Below, in pieces: positions 44,110 through 53,305 of a stretch of DNA of 64,000 nucleotides. Each line of letters opens with the position of its first letter. Within the stretch, counting starts at the first letter, position 1. Source of the stretch: a virus; the IMG/VR virus record IMGVR_UViG_3300045988_129382, positions 1 through 64,000 of that record; one strand, written 5' to 3'. The notes beneath the pieces were generated by a model. It was not told where the DNA came from. It searched no databases and saw only the letters and a list, made by a program, of their open reading frames with translations. The position numbers and the translations under genes were made by a program.

Positions 44110-44605
44110 CTATAAGGAGATTAATGCTAATAGATTTAATGAATTACATAAAGAGAGTAATGAATTATTAGCCAGAATTGCATCGTCTATTATGTTATAT
44201 GAGATTGATAGATGCGATAATATTTTAGATTATGTGAGTGGTAATGGTAACTTTCAGTATAGTAGAGAATTCAACTATATAGGTGGAAAGGGTGTTATTA
44301 AGATTGGTACGTATCTTTCACCTATTAGACAGAGTGATAAATTTTTATTTACTAGTGGTACATTAGATATTTCTTTAGGTGAGCATACTTTCGTTAAGAT
44401 TCGAGTTCATAAAGGTCTTAATAGTTGTACAACAAGTGTATCAAAATGTTATTTTAGGTATATAACAGAAGAAAGAAATATTATTAAGGGTATATTATCT
44501 TTTTATATGGATTCTAGTGGGATAGCTAGAGATTCCGACTTATATAAAGCTTATTTAGATTATATTTCTATGTTAGAAGAGATGAGTGTTATTTTAGGTT
44601 TTTAA
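44102..44605 (+). CDS. Hypothetical protein. Start moved to ATG 44102.
   Basis: AGAGGGG SD 8 nt upstream; overlaps the upstream stop. Confidence 0.65.
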   Translation: MYSYKEINANRFNELHKESNELLARIASSIMLYEIDRCDNILDYVSGNGNFQYSREFNYIGGKGVIKIGTYLSPIRQSDKFLFTSGTLDISLGEHTFVKIRVHKGLNSCTTSVSKCYFRYITEERNIIKGILSFYMDSSGIARDSDLYKAYLDYISMLEEMSVILGF

Positions 44606-44607
44606 TA

Positions 44608-44655
44608 TTAGTTGTTATTTAGTTGTTAATATGGTTATATAAATAATAGTTGTAC
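44608..44655 (+). promoter_or_regulatory. Three copies of TAGTTGT(T/A)(A/C), a candidate operator; the third copy overlaps the -35 box
   Basis: TTAGTTGTTA at 44608-44617 and 44619-44628, 11 bp apart; TAGTTGTA at 44647-44654. Confidence 0.45.
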
Positions 44656-44679
44656 ATTCTTTCTAGAAAGTTGTATAAT
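44650..44679 (+). promoter_or_regulatory. Promoter: TTGTAC, 18-nt spacer, TATAAT
   Basis: Read directly. It would give a 5-prime leader of about 150 nt before ATG 44840. Confidence 0.55.
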
Positions 44680-44839
44680 AAAAGTGTATTATTCTTATGA
44701 AGTGTGAGAATAACGACTGCACAAGTAGAAGTAGTGAAGCGTATGTTTATTATCTTAGTTGTAGGGAGCAAGTTTTAGCCGATTACAATGATGATGGATA
44801 ACAAAAGCATAACGAAACGAAAGGAGGCCGTTCTAATCT

Positions 44840-45169
44840 ATGTCTAATAAGATTAAGGCTTTATTATCAATTCTAACATTTTGTGGTGTTCTTTTTGGGT
44901 TTGTTGGAATTGCAGATGCTCGTCAGGTAATGACTACTGCATATACTCCTCATGAGCAAGCTGGGTACATGGCGAATGGCTTATGGATTCAAGAAGGATA
45001 TGTTGCACTTGATTTTTTACCTTTGGGTACACAAGTGTGGTTAGATGGTGTTCCATACATCGTAGGTGATAGGATTGGTAGTGGTGACTATAATCATGTT
45101 GATATCGTAATGAATAGTTATGAAGATGCTATTCAACATGGTAGACGTTACATGGACTTGCAATACTAA
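44840..45169 (+). CDS. Secreted 3D-domain protein, a lytic transglycosylase-like cell-wall enzyme fold
   Basis: Signal peptide KALLSILTFCGVLFGFVGIADA; the 3D pattern is GDRIGSGDYNHVDIVM. Confidence 0.7.
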   Translation: MSNKIKALLSILTFCGVLFGFVGIADARQVMTTAYTPHEQAGYMANGLWIQEGYVALDFLPLGTQVWLDGVPYIVGDRIGSGDYNHVDIVMNSYEDAIQHGRRYMDLQY

Positions 45170-45213
45170 TATTGTAATGACAACTGAATAAGAGTATATA
45201 CTTTAGATAGTTT

Positions 45214-45251
45214 AGAGGTATGATGCGTTGACATCATACCTCTTATTTTTT
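45214..45251 (+). terminator. Intrinsic terminator
   Basis: 12-bp stem AGAGGTATGATG / CATCATACCTCT followed by a T-run. Confidence 0.8.
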
Positions 45252-45273
45252 CAAAAAAATAACTTAACAAAAC

Positions 45274-45302
45274 TTTACAACTTAGTATAGGTATGGTATA
45301 CT
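45274..45302 (+). promoter_or_regulatory. Sigma-A-type promoter: TTTACA, 17-nt spacer, TATACT
   Basis: Read directly. Confidence 0.65.
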
Positions 45303-45341
45303 ATAGGTGTGGTAAGGGTGATAATTAGAAGGAGTAATAAA

Positions 45342-45572
45342 ATGAAAAACTTTAAAATTTATGCAGTTAGTGGTGAGGATAATTCTAAATATGAAATTAC
45401 CCTAAACGAGTTAGTTGCTAAGGGTAATTATACTGAAGATGAAGTTTGTAAGTTACTTGATTATATCGAGTCAACTAAGTACAAAACTTTCAGATGGAAG
45501 TTAGTACATAAAAATTCAATTCATGCTATGGATGGTGATGGGATTCAACATTACTTAGTAGATTTAAAATAG
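45342..45572 (+). CDS. Hypothetical protein. Start moved to ATG 45342.
   Basis: AGAAGGAG SD upstream. Confidence 0.6.
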   Translation: MKNFKIYAVSGEDNSKYEITLNELVAKGNYTEDEVCKLLDYIESTKYKTFRWKLVHKNSIHAMDGDGIQHYLVDLK

Positions 45573-45598
45573 TGTGTTATAATATAGGGAGAAATAAA

Positions 45599-45985
45599 AT
45601 GAGAAAGTTCATGTATGGTGGTAAATTATTTGATAGTATTTCTGAAATTGAAGATTACATTGAATTAAATTTCAATGGGTGTTGGGATTGTGAGCCTGTG
45701 TCTGTTGAGGTAGCTGAATATGGGCTAATTAGTGATAGACATAATTTACCTGTAGATAAATTCATCTATACAAATATAGATGATGTAAATGATTTCTCTA
45801 AGTTAGAGGAAGTTGCTATTAAGAGTATCACTAGAGACGCTGATGTTTTAGTGATTTACGTTACAGGTTTAACATCTGCAACTATTTCCGCTATTAATGT
45901 CGCTAAGATAGTAGGTTATAAATCTATCATTTTAAAACATTATGATAATGTTAGTGGTAATTATCTTTCTCAGTGGGTATATTAG
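45599..45985 (+). CDS. Hypothetical protein. Start moved to ATG 45599.
   Basis: AGGGAG SD upstream. Confidence 0.65.
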   Translation: MRKFMYGGKLFDSISEIEDYIELNFNGCWDCEPVSVEVAEYGLISDRHNLPVDKFIYTNIDDVNDFSKLEEVAIKSITRDADVLVIYVTGLTSATISAINVAKIVGYKSIILKHYDNVSGNYLSQWVY

Positions 45986-46000
45986 TTGGAGGCACTAAAT

Positions 46001-46285
46001 ATGGAAGCAGTTAAGACCGTATATGGAATCTATCAAGATGGTCAATCAGTAGGTTTTCTATCTCATGATAGTTTTTCACAGTTCTTTAAGGACGTATGTA
46101 TTGATTTAGTATGTCCTGTAGAAGATAGAGAGTATATCACAGATAAAGTAGATACAGATGTATTATACTTTGAGTTCGGTAAGTTTTTCTCAGACGAAGA
46201 TGGTACTACATTATATAGAGTTGTAGGTAAATTTCCTAAAAAAGATATGGAAGTATTAGGAAAAGAATTTTATTTTAAAAAGTAA
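46001..46285 (+). CDS. Hypothetical protein. Start moved to ATG 46001.
   Basis: GGAGG SD upstream. Confidence 0.65.
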   Translation: MEAVKTVYGIYQDGQSVGFLSHDSFSQFFKDVCIDLVCPVEDREYITDKVDTDVLYFEFGKFFSDEDGTTLYRVVGKFPKKDMEVLGKEFYFKK

Positions 46286-46297
46286 AAGTATTAACCT

Positions 46298-46327
46298 AAA
46301 GAGATACTAACTATAGTATCTCTTTTT
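46298..46327 (+). terminator. Intrinsic terminator separating the early/middle block from the tail-module block
   Basis: 12-bp stem AAAGAGATACTA / TAGTATCTCTTT followed by a T-run. Confidence 0.8.
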
Positions 46328-46399
46328 CTTATGTCATAGTTAGTTATATATAATGTATGAATTGTTTGAGATTTTGTGCATTTTTAGTGGTGGTAATAT

Positions 46400-46990
46400 A
46401 TGGTAATTTTAACAAAGAAAACAAAATATGACTCAATCTTAGAGGGTGTTAAAGCTACTATTGTAAATGAGTCTGTAATGGGTGATTTACGTAAAATAGG
46501 CAATAGTAAGGCTTTCACTCCTTTGAAAGGTGCATTGAGTAGTAAATTTAATAAGGTTGAAGTTGGGTTTAGGGTTCATAAGATTAAAGCTGATACTTTT
46601 ACATTAGATATTGAATATTTTGTTACTAATACTGATGTAGATGCTAGAATTAATGTTATTGTTAGGTGTGATGGTTCATACACATCTGAGGATACATCAA
46701 GTGGTAAAACAACTATTGTAGCTAAACAGATTATAGTACAAGAGTTAGATGCTCCTGTAACAACTTTAAATACATTTAAACCGTTTAAAGTTAAATGTAA
46801 TATTGATTGTGTTAAGGATTATATATTTGTATCTACTGAGTTTAGCAAGGTAGCTGTTGATGTTTCAAACACAGTATTTAATTATCTTTTAACTAAAGGT
46901 AAAGACTTGGATAAGAATATCTCTAAAAAGACCGGAAATGCGGTAGGGTTTAGTTCTTTCAAAGATTTTATGACATTAAATTCAAAGTAG
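46400..46990 (+). CDS. Hypothetical protein; first gene of the late block and possibly structural
   Basis: Position only. Confidence 0.6.
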   Translation: MVILTKKTKYDSILEGVKATIVNESVMGDLRKIGNSKAFTPLKGALSSKFNKVEVGFRVHKIKADTFTLDIEYFVTNTDVDARINVIVRCDGSYTSEDTSSGKTTIVAKQIIVQELDAPVTTLNTFKPFKVKCNIDCVKDYIFVSTEFSKVAVDVSNTVFNYLLTKGKDLDKNISKKTGNAVGFSSFKDFMTLNSK

Positions 46991-46999
46991 GGTGTAGAT

Positions 47000-47878
47000 A
47001 TGGCTGATGAGTATGGTAAAGATTGGCGATATCAGTTAGAGAGACAGCATAGTGTAAATAATCCTATTATTGTCAATGAAGATATTGAGTTACAGAGGAG
47101 AATGTTTTGGGAATCAGCGTTACATACAGGTATTACAGTAGATTTCTATAATTGTAAATATGAGAAACAGGATTTCAATCAAGATTTAAATTTAATGTGG
47201 GATGACGCCATTCGTTTACCTGTTATATTTGATGATGCTCCTAAAGTTAAAGTACTTAAAAATTTGGGTTGGTATACTGAAGATGATGAGCGACCTGAAT
47301 TAGTATATTTACCAATGTATAAGGATTGGATGACAAAAGAGTTACTTGATGTCAAAGAGAACTCTATTATACGATTATATTATTTTGGTGGTATATCTAC
47401 TGCTGATTTTAGGGTTACAGATAAGAAGATGGATAGTGTGTATGGTGTGTATTGGGTGTGTAAGTTAGCACCTGAGCGTATGAATGATTTTACTATGATA
47501 GAATTAAATGGTGAGCATTTCTTAAAACGTAGTGAGGTTAGACCTAGACATACTGAATATATGAGTAAACAGTTAGAGGATGGTTATAGTTCTGACTATA
47601 ATACATCTGCTGATTATAGAACCTATGAACATGATTCCTATGTAAATCAAATAGTAGATAATGATGATAGCAATGGTTCATCAGATAATTTAAACTTCTC
47701 AGATACAGAAAGTAATAATGTGGGATATACAGAGTCTGAAGATAATATGTCTACAACTTTTGAGTCTGTGGATGGGAAAAAGTATATAGATAACTTTGAT
47801 GTTATCGAAGATTATAAAATACCAAAGAAAGATAAAAAAGATAAAGATATTCGTGGTGGTAGATTTAATATAAATTGA
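47000..47878 (+). CDS. Hypothetical neck or head-tail connector candidate with an acidic, low-complexity C-terminus
   Basis: Position upstream of the gp10-like gene; no motif recognised. Confidence 0.5.
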   Translation: MADEYGKDWRYQLERQHSVNNPIIVNEDIELQRRMFWESALHTGITVDFYNCKYEKQDFNQDLNLMWDDAIRLPVIFDDAPKVKVLKNLGWYTEDDERPELVYLPMYKDWMTKELLDVKENSIIRLYYFGGISTADFRVTDKKMDSVYGVYWVCKLAPERMNDFTMIELNGEHFLKRSEVRPRHTEYMSKQLEDGYSSDYNTSADYRTYEHDSYVNQIVDNDDSNGSSDNLNFSDTESNNVGYTESEDNMSTTFESVDGKKYIDNFDVIEDYKIPKKDKKDKDIRGGRFNIN

Positions 47879-47893
47879 GGTTTATAGTGTAGA

Positions 47894-48808
47894 ATGAGAT
47901 ATAGTAGTGATTTGATTGTAGAATCTTTACGTGGTCAGTTAATTGATAGCAATATCAATGAAGCAAAAGTTGTTACATTCGATGGTAAAGTCAATCCTAA
48001 CTTTGGTCATGCAGTTATTATGGCTGGCGGAGCAGGTTCAGGGAAGGGTTTTGCTTTAAAAAACATAATTATGTTGCAAGGAAAGACATTTGATGTTGAT
48101 GAATTAAAACAGTTGTATGTTAAGGGTGCTAAAAGTGGTGTCTTTGACGATGAACGTAATGGTGATTACAACTTTAAAAACCCTGAAGATGTTTCTTTAC
48201 TACATCAAAAAGTTAAAGATTTAAAACTTAAAGATAAAAGAGAGGAAGCTTTCTTTAAATCTATTATGGCTGATAAGTTACCTAATATCATTTTTGATAT
48301 TACAGGTGATGAGGAGTCTAAGATTACTAATATTGCTAAAATGTGTAAGACTATTGGTTATAAAGTTTCATTAGTGTGGGTAGTAGCTAATAGGGAAGAG
48401 GCTTTCATTAGGAATATGAAACGTGATAGGACTGTTCCTGATGAAGTATTCCATTCAACACATAATAATGTTAAAGCATCTGTATTTGGTTTCTTAGAAG
48501 GTCAAGGTGCTAAATTCTGTGATTCCGCATGGATTGTATTTAGTTCTGGTGCAGATGCTAAAGAATTATCTGCTGAAGAAAAGAAAGCATTAGAACAGAA
48601 TAGGGTAATTGCATTAGAGAAAAAAGGTTCTACATTTGTTGTACCAGATAAAGTATATCGTAAAGTTATGGTTGTTACTGGTAGGAATGAAGTTGACCCT
48701 AAAGCACCTAAGAACTATTTAAGTCAGGGTGATTTTAGGAAAGACTTTGATAAAAAAGTAGATGCTGTTCGTGGTGGTTCTATGACAGTAAGGAAACGTA
48801 AATTCTAA
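47894..48808 (+). CDS. P-loop NTPase/kinase-like protein of the zeta-toxin or dNMP-kinase type
   Basis: Walker A motif MAGGAGSGKGF; hydrophobic strand plus Asp (IIFDITGDE). Confidence 0.6.
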   Translation: MRYSSDLIVESLRGQLIDSNINEAKVVTFDGKVNPNFGHAVIMAGGAGSGKGFALKNIIMLQGKTFDVDELKQLYVKGAKSGVFDDERNGDYNFKNPEDVSLLHQKVKDLKLKDKREEAFFKSIMADKLPNIIFDITGDEESKITNIAKMCKTIGYKVSLVWVVANREEAFIRNMKRDRTVPDEVFHSTHNNVKASVFGFLEGQGAKFCDSAWIVFSSGADAKELSAEEKKALEQNRVIALEKKGSTFVVPDKVYRKVMVVTGRNEVDPKAPKNYLSQGDFRKDFDKKVDAVRGGSMTVRKRKF

Positions 48809-48820
48809 TAGGAGTATCAT

Positions 48821-49441
48821 ATGAAGATACTACGTAGTGTTGTTGAGATGGAACATATAGATGGGATTTATATCACTGTTTCACAGCATATGTTTAAGTT
48901 AGGTTCTAAGCGTATACAAAAGGAGTTAGGAAGTCTTTATTACAAAGACTTCCTAATCTTTATGGCTGTAACATTAGCTAAAGAGTTTGAACGTGCTATT
49001 GATACACAAAGGTATAAAGGTACTAAGTGGGCGCCGTTATCTGTATCATACTTAACATATAAAAAGCGTATGGGTTTCTCTTTGAATACATGGGAAGCCA
49101 CTGGGTATCTTAAAAATAATATTACTATATTCAAGAAGTTCAATAACTTTATTGCTGTAGGATTTCAACAGAAACAAGTATATCCTAATAGTGGGGTTCA
49201 AGTTAATATTATTGCAAGATATGTAGAATATGGTACAAATAGAAATACTATTAATGGTAAGAAGACAATGCCAGCACGTCCGTTGTTTAGACCTATAGCA
49301 AGTTATATTTCAAAACATATATCTAGGTATTATAAGATGTATTTAAAAGAGTTAGATAAGATTAAAAATAGTAGAGTTCCTTATTTGTACCTTAGAAATA
49401 AGTCTGTTATTAAATCTTCTAAAGGTAGGAATAGGAGGTAG
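48821..49441 (+). CDS. HK97 gp10-like head-tail joining / tail completion protein
   Basis: ARYVEYGT...MPARPLFRP is the family signature. Confidence 0.65.
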   Translation: MKILRSVVEMEHIDGIYITVSQHMFKLGSKRIQKELGSLYYKDFLIFMAVTLAKEFERAIDTQRYKGTKWAPLSVSYLTYKKRMGFSLNTWEATGYLKNNITIFKKFNNFIAVGFQQKQVYPNSGVQVNIIARYVEYGTNRNTINGKKTMPARPLFRPIASYISKHISRYYKMYLKELDKIKNSRVPYLYLRNKSVIKSSKGRNRR

Positions 49442-49453
49442 TGGGTGTAGTGT

Positions 49454-50218
49454 ATGCATAGTCCTTTATATCAATATGATTTAGCTATGTACGATAGGGT
49501 ACATAGTCTATATGATGAGGTATTTTTTGCTGATGTAGATGAGCAATTCATTACTAATGCAAGAGAGCATCAAGGGAAGGTAGTCATGCCATTTATTGGT
49601 ATTAGTCGGTTACCTGATTTCTCTGTTAATTATGAATTCTATAATGATAGTCAAGTTAGAAGAGGTTGGACTAATCAGAAAGCTAGAAATGAAGATGGTG
49701 TAGAATTTAGAGATAAGCGTGTTATGGTACATTCACTTCCAGTTATGTTGCAGTATCAGATAGATGTATATGCTACTAAACGTGATGTGTGTGATGGTAT
49801 CATTTCTGAGTTATTGATGGAGTTTTCTGAAAGACCATATCTTAGGGTTCAGTTTATGGACATTGGCGACCATGTACAGGAGTTTCAATTAGCACTAGAA
49901 GATGGTGTTAGTGATAATACTGATGTGAGTGGTTTTGCTGAGACAAATCGGTTTTATAGAAAGTCTATAACAATTAACATTGACCATGCATATATCTATC
50001 GTGTAGATAAAGCATTAGAAGTTGATAAAATCATTATAGACATTCATGATTTACCTTTAGATGATAGTGATTTAAATAAAATTAAACCTAAAAATGGTAA
50101 AAACAACTCAGATGGGTTTGATTTTAATACTGATGGTATAAGTCCTGGTGTTAGAACTAGAGATGAGTTAAATCTTGCTAATGACGAGTCATCAGATGGG
50201 TATCATAAAATTAAATAG
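49454..50218 (+). CDS. Putative neck or tail-terminator protein
   Basis: Sits immediately upstream of the sheath gene; no firm motif. Confidence 0.45.
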   Translation: MHSPLYQYDLAMYDRVHSLYDEVFFADVDEQFITNAREHQGKVVMPFIGISRLPDFSVNYEFYNDSQVRRGWTNQKARNEDGVEFRDKRVMVHSLPVMLQYQIDVYATKRDVCDGIISELLMEFSERPYLRVQFMDIGDHVQEFQLALEDGVSDNTDVSGFAETNRFYRKSITINIDHAYIYRVDKALEVDKIIIDIHDLPLDDSDLNKIKPKNGKNNSDGFDFNTDGISPGVRTRDELNLANDESSDGYHKIK

Positions 50219-50226
50219 ATATAGTT

Positions 50227-50260
50227 AGAACGTATTCATATATTTGGATACGTTCTTTTA
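50227..50260 (+). terminator. Intrinsic terminator
   Basis: Stem AGAACGTATTC / GGATACGTTCT with one G-U pair, followed by TTTT. Confidence 0.65.
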
Positions 50261-50392
50261 TATATAGGTTTTGAAAACATTAAAAACAATAAATATCTGT
50301 GTATACTAAGGAAAAGATTTATATGTACAAAAGATGGGTAAAGTGAATAACTTATATTATAATATAAATTATCCGTTTTTGAGGGGGATATA

Positions 50393-52177
50393 ATGGCTAC
50401 ACTAACAATGTTAAGTCCTGGTGTATACATGAATGAGGTTGACAAAAGTCAATATACTACAGACTCCTCTACTTGTATTATTGGTATGGTGGGTGGTGCT
50501 AGGTTCGGTCCAGTTGGTGTTCCTACACTTATCTCTTCACAACAAGAGTTGATTAAAACTTTTGGTGAGCCTGTTGAGGGTGAGTATGGTTTGTATAGTG
50601 CATTAATGGCACTAACACATGCCAGTCAAGTTATCTATACACGTGTTGTACGTGGTGGTACTAAAGCTACATCAGGTAAAATCGGTACTGATAAAGTTCT
50701 TTATCGTTCTGCTGTAATTGGTGAGGCTAGTAATGGTCTTAAAATCATTCAGTCTGCTTTGACTGGTGGTAAATTCAGTGTGACTATTAAAGATGCACAG
50801 GATGTAGAGAAAGAAAAGTTTGAAGATTTAACTTTGACTTCCTCAGAAGAAAACTTTGTAGAAGCTGTAATTAATGCTAAATCAAAATTGATTCGTGTTG
50901 AGTTACAATCTACAGGTGATGTATCTGCAAAAGAGTTTGTGTTGGGAGATGCTGTAAAAGGCGGAAACACTGGTTCTAATGCACATGCCGGTAAAAAGGG
51001 TACAAATAAAGTACTCTTAGAGTCAAAATACTTTGATTCTAAATTAAATGGGTGTTCTGCTATTTTCAGTGCTATTGATGAGTTTACTCAAACATTTAAT
51101 GTAAGCATTGTTGATGAAAATGGTAATGTTGTTGAGCAATTCAGTACATTATCTTTAGACCCTAAATCTCCACGATTTGTTGAGACTATTATTAATAATG
51201 GCTCTATTCGTGTTAATGCTAAAGTAGATACAGATACATCTGTTAACTATACTGAAGATACATTAATCTTTAGTGGTGGTGATGATGGTATCTTAGGCAT
51301 TACTGCTAGTGACATCATTGGTGATGTTTCTGGTGGTGGTTTACAAAGTTTCTCTAACCCAGAAACAGTTACTATCGATGTATTAACTGCTAGTGGTTGG
51401 AGTGATGCTAGTGTTATTAAGGCTGGTTTACATATTGTTGAAAACCGTGCTGATTCTATCTTTATCGTAGACCCACCATTCGGTATGGGTGTACAGGAGA
51501 TGGTTAATTGGTCAAATGGTAAGGGTTCATATACTAATCAAAATGGTCTTGATACTTCTTATGGTGCATTGTATTGGCCGTGGTTACAAATTAGCGATAG
51601 TTTCACTAATAAAAACATTTGGCTACCACCTAGTGGTTTCGTAGCTGGTCAGTATGCATATAATGATAAGGTAGGTTTCCCTTGGTTAGCACCTGCTGGC
51701 TTGAATCGTGGTAGGATTACTAAAGCTATTAATACAGAGTATTCACCTACACAAGGTGAACGTGATGCTTTGTATGGTCATAGGAATGTTGTAAACTGTA
51801 TCACAAACTTTATCGGTCAAGGTATTGTTATCTGGGGTAACAAAACACTTCAACGTCAACCAACTGCATTGGACAGGGTTAATGTTCGTAGGTTAATGAG
51901 TTTCTTAGAACGCAGCATTGCTATGAAGTCTAGGTACTTTGTATTCGAGCAAAACTATGATGCTACTTGGGAGCGTTGGAAAACTCTTATCGAGCCAGTT
52001 TTGATTAATGCTAAAAATAATGGTGGTTTATATGATTATAAAATTGTGTTGGAAGCTACAGCACAAGATTATGAAAACAACCGTATGCCTATCAGTATTT
52101 ACGTTAAACCAATTAAAGCCGCTGAGTTCATTAGTTTGACTTTCAACATAATGAATTATAGTGCTAGTTTTAACTAA
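50393..52177 (+). CDS. Contractile tail sheath protein
   Basis: N-terminal LSPGVYMNEVD and C-terminal WGNKTLQ...ALDRVNVRRL are typical of the sheath family; 594 aa. Confidence 0.9.
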   Translation: MATLTMLSPGVYMNEVDKSQYTTDSSTCIIGMVGGARFGPVGVPTLISSQQELIKTFGEPVEGEYGLYSALMALTHASQVIYTRVVRGGTKATSGKIGTDKVLYRSAVIGEASNGLKIIQSALTGGKFSVTIKDAQDVEKEKFEDLTLTSSEENFVEAVINAKSKLIRVELQSTGDVSAKEFVLGDAVKGGNTGSNAHAGKKGTNKVLLESKYFDSKLNGCSAIFSAIDEFTQTFNVSIVDENGNVVEQFSTLSLDPKSPRFVETIINNGSIRVNAKVDTDTSVNYTEDTLIFSGGDDGILGITASDIIGDVSGGGLQSFSNPETVTIDVLTASGWSDASVIKAGLHIVENRADSIFIVDPPFGMGVQEMVNWSNGKGSYTNQNGLDTSYGALYWPWLQISDSFTNKNIWLPPSGFVAGQYAYNDKVGFPWLAPAGLNRGRITKAINTEYSPTQGERDALYGHRNVVNCITNFIGQGIVIWGNKTLQRQPTALDRVNVRRLMSFLERSIAMKSRYFVFEQNYDATWERWKTLIEPVLINAKNNGGLYDYKIVLEATAQDYENNRMPISIYVKPIKAAEFISLTFNIMNYSASFN

Positions 52178-52192
52178 TAAGGGGGATATGAT

Positions 52193-52753
52193 ATGAGTCA
52201 ATTAAATGCCGCTTTCATGTCCATGGACTCAACATATGAGGTTCAACGTACCAATAACTTTAGGTTTATTGTAGATTTAAGTGAGTTCTCTAATAATACA
52301 TCATCTTCAAGTGGTGATATTATTGAGTTGGCTTGTGATAGCACAGGTCTACCTACTGTATCTAATGACCCTATTGAGTTGGATTATGGTAACTCACAAA
52401 TCAAGGTAGCTGGTAAAGCAACTACTGATGATATTACAGTTGCTGTAAAAGACTTTATCGAACCTGACGTAGAGAATATTCTATGGCAATGGAGGATGAA
52501 AGTTTATAATCCTAAGACTGGTAAAGTTGGTTGGGCGAATAACTATAAACGTACATGTATGATTGTTCAATATGGTCCGAATGGTGAAGTATTGAGGAAA
52601 TGGCAATGTGATGGTTGTTGGCCGACTAGTTTAGACTTAGGTGAATTAGACTACTCTAGTGGTGATAAGAAACAAATTAGTATGAACTTGTCTGTAGATA
52701 CTGCATATCTTGTACGTGATGGACAAAATACGCATATTTATGGTACAGACTAA
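52193..52753 (+). CDS. Tail tube protein, T4 gp19 / PBSX XkdM-like
   Basis: NNFRFIVDL...GLPTVSNDPIELDYGNSQIKVAGK; sits directly after the sheath gene. Confidence 0.8.
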   Translation: MSQLNAAFMSMDSTYEVQRTNNFRFIVDLSEFSNNTSSSSGDIIELACDSTGLPTVSNDPIELDYGNSQIKVAGKATTDDITVAVKDFIEPDVENILWQWRMKVYNPKTGKVGWANNYKRTCMIVQYGPNGEVLRKWQCDGCWPTSLDLGELDYSSGDKKQISMNLSVDTAYLVRDGQNTHIYGTD

Positions 52754-52767
52754 TTTAGTTAGTTTTA

Positions 52768-52798
52768 TAGGACGTAGTGTATGCTACGTCCTATTTTT
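52768..52798 (+). terminator. Intrinsic terminator after the tube gene
   Basis: Stem TAGGACGTAG / CTACGTCCTA followed by TTTTT. Confidence 0.8.
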
Positions 52799-52887
52799 GT
52801 GTTATAATGTTTGTGTGTGGTTTCATACTTATCTTTATGTGTTCTCATATTAAGGAGTTTATGAGGTTAAGGTGGATTCATTGGTTA

Positions 52888-52916
52888 TTGACATAATTAA
52901 TTACATGTACTATAAT
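52888..52916 (+). promoter_or_regulatory. Perfect consensus promoter: TTGACA, 17-nt spacer, TATAAT
   Basis: Read directly; the only exact consensus promoter noticed in the window. Confidence 0.7.
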
Positions 52917-52922
52917 TAATTA

Positions 52923-52985
52923 TGTTGATTAACAGCCATGGTCAATTAAAAAAGCTGACATCAGAATATGGTGTTAGCTTTTTTA
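52923..52985 (+). ncRNA. Candidate short RNA of about 60 nt, running from the consensus promoter to a bidirectional-looking terminator
   Basis: Terminator stem AGCTGACA / TGTTAGCT at 52953-52979, flanked by an A-run and a T-run. Confidence 0.4.
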
Positions 52986-53023
52986 ATTTATATACAATTT
53001 GGGGATGGTTTTTCTATCTGGGG

Positions 53024-53052
53024 TTTACATATTGTTTTTCTTGTGGTATATT
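53024..53052 (+). promoter_or_regulatory. Sigma-A-type promoter: TTTACA, 17-nt spacer, TATATT
   Basis: Read directly. Confidence 0.6.
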
Positions 53053-53058
53053 GTATGT

Positions 53059-53305
53059 AGTAGATGAGAGTGGTTACTCATCTATTATATGTAGGTGATT
53101 GCGTTACATCTACATATACCTCCCTTTTTACTGTTACGTTTGTTTATTTCCTTTCGTAGCGTAACAGTAAATTTACATATTGTCTTTCTTATTGGAAAAA
53201 TTAGGTTTTTCATGATAAGTATGCTTTGTTGCATATATTTTTCTCCGTTAGAGTGTTACATTGATTACTTCGGCTCTTATCAATGTAACACTCTTTTTCT
53301 TTTTG
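53059..53305 (+). ncRNA. Candidate multi-hairpin RNA of about 247 nt
   Basis: Hairpins pair 53061-53068 with 53077-53084, 53087-53097 with 53107-53117, and 53129-53138 with 53160-53169. A 16-bp terminator pairs 53250-53265 with 53279-53294, has a CTTCGG loop, and is followed by a T-run. A single-stranded ACCTCCC sits at 53118-53124. Confidence 0.5.

Noticed and set aside
44686-44839. The leader of the 3D-domain gene considered as a ydaO-type c-di-AMP riboswitch or a c-di-GMP riboswitch
   Set aside because: I could not find the conserved cores as I remember them (the ACGGGGA / CCCGAA pseudo-symmetric halves and CAGCUAACCUCGUA for ydaO; GGCAAAC / ACGCAAAGC for GEMM-I). The region is reported only as an unexplained leader.
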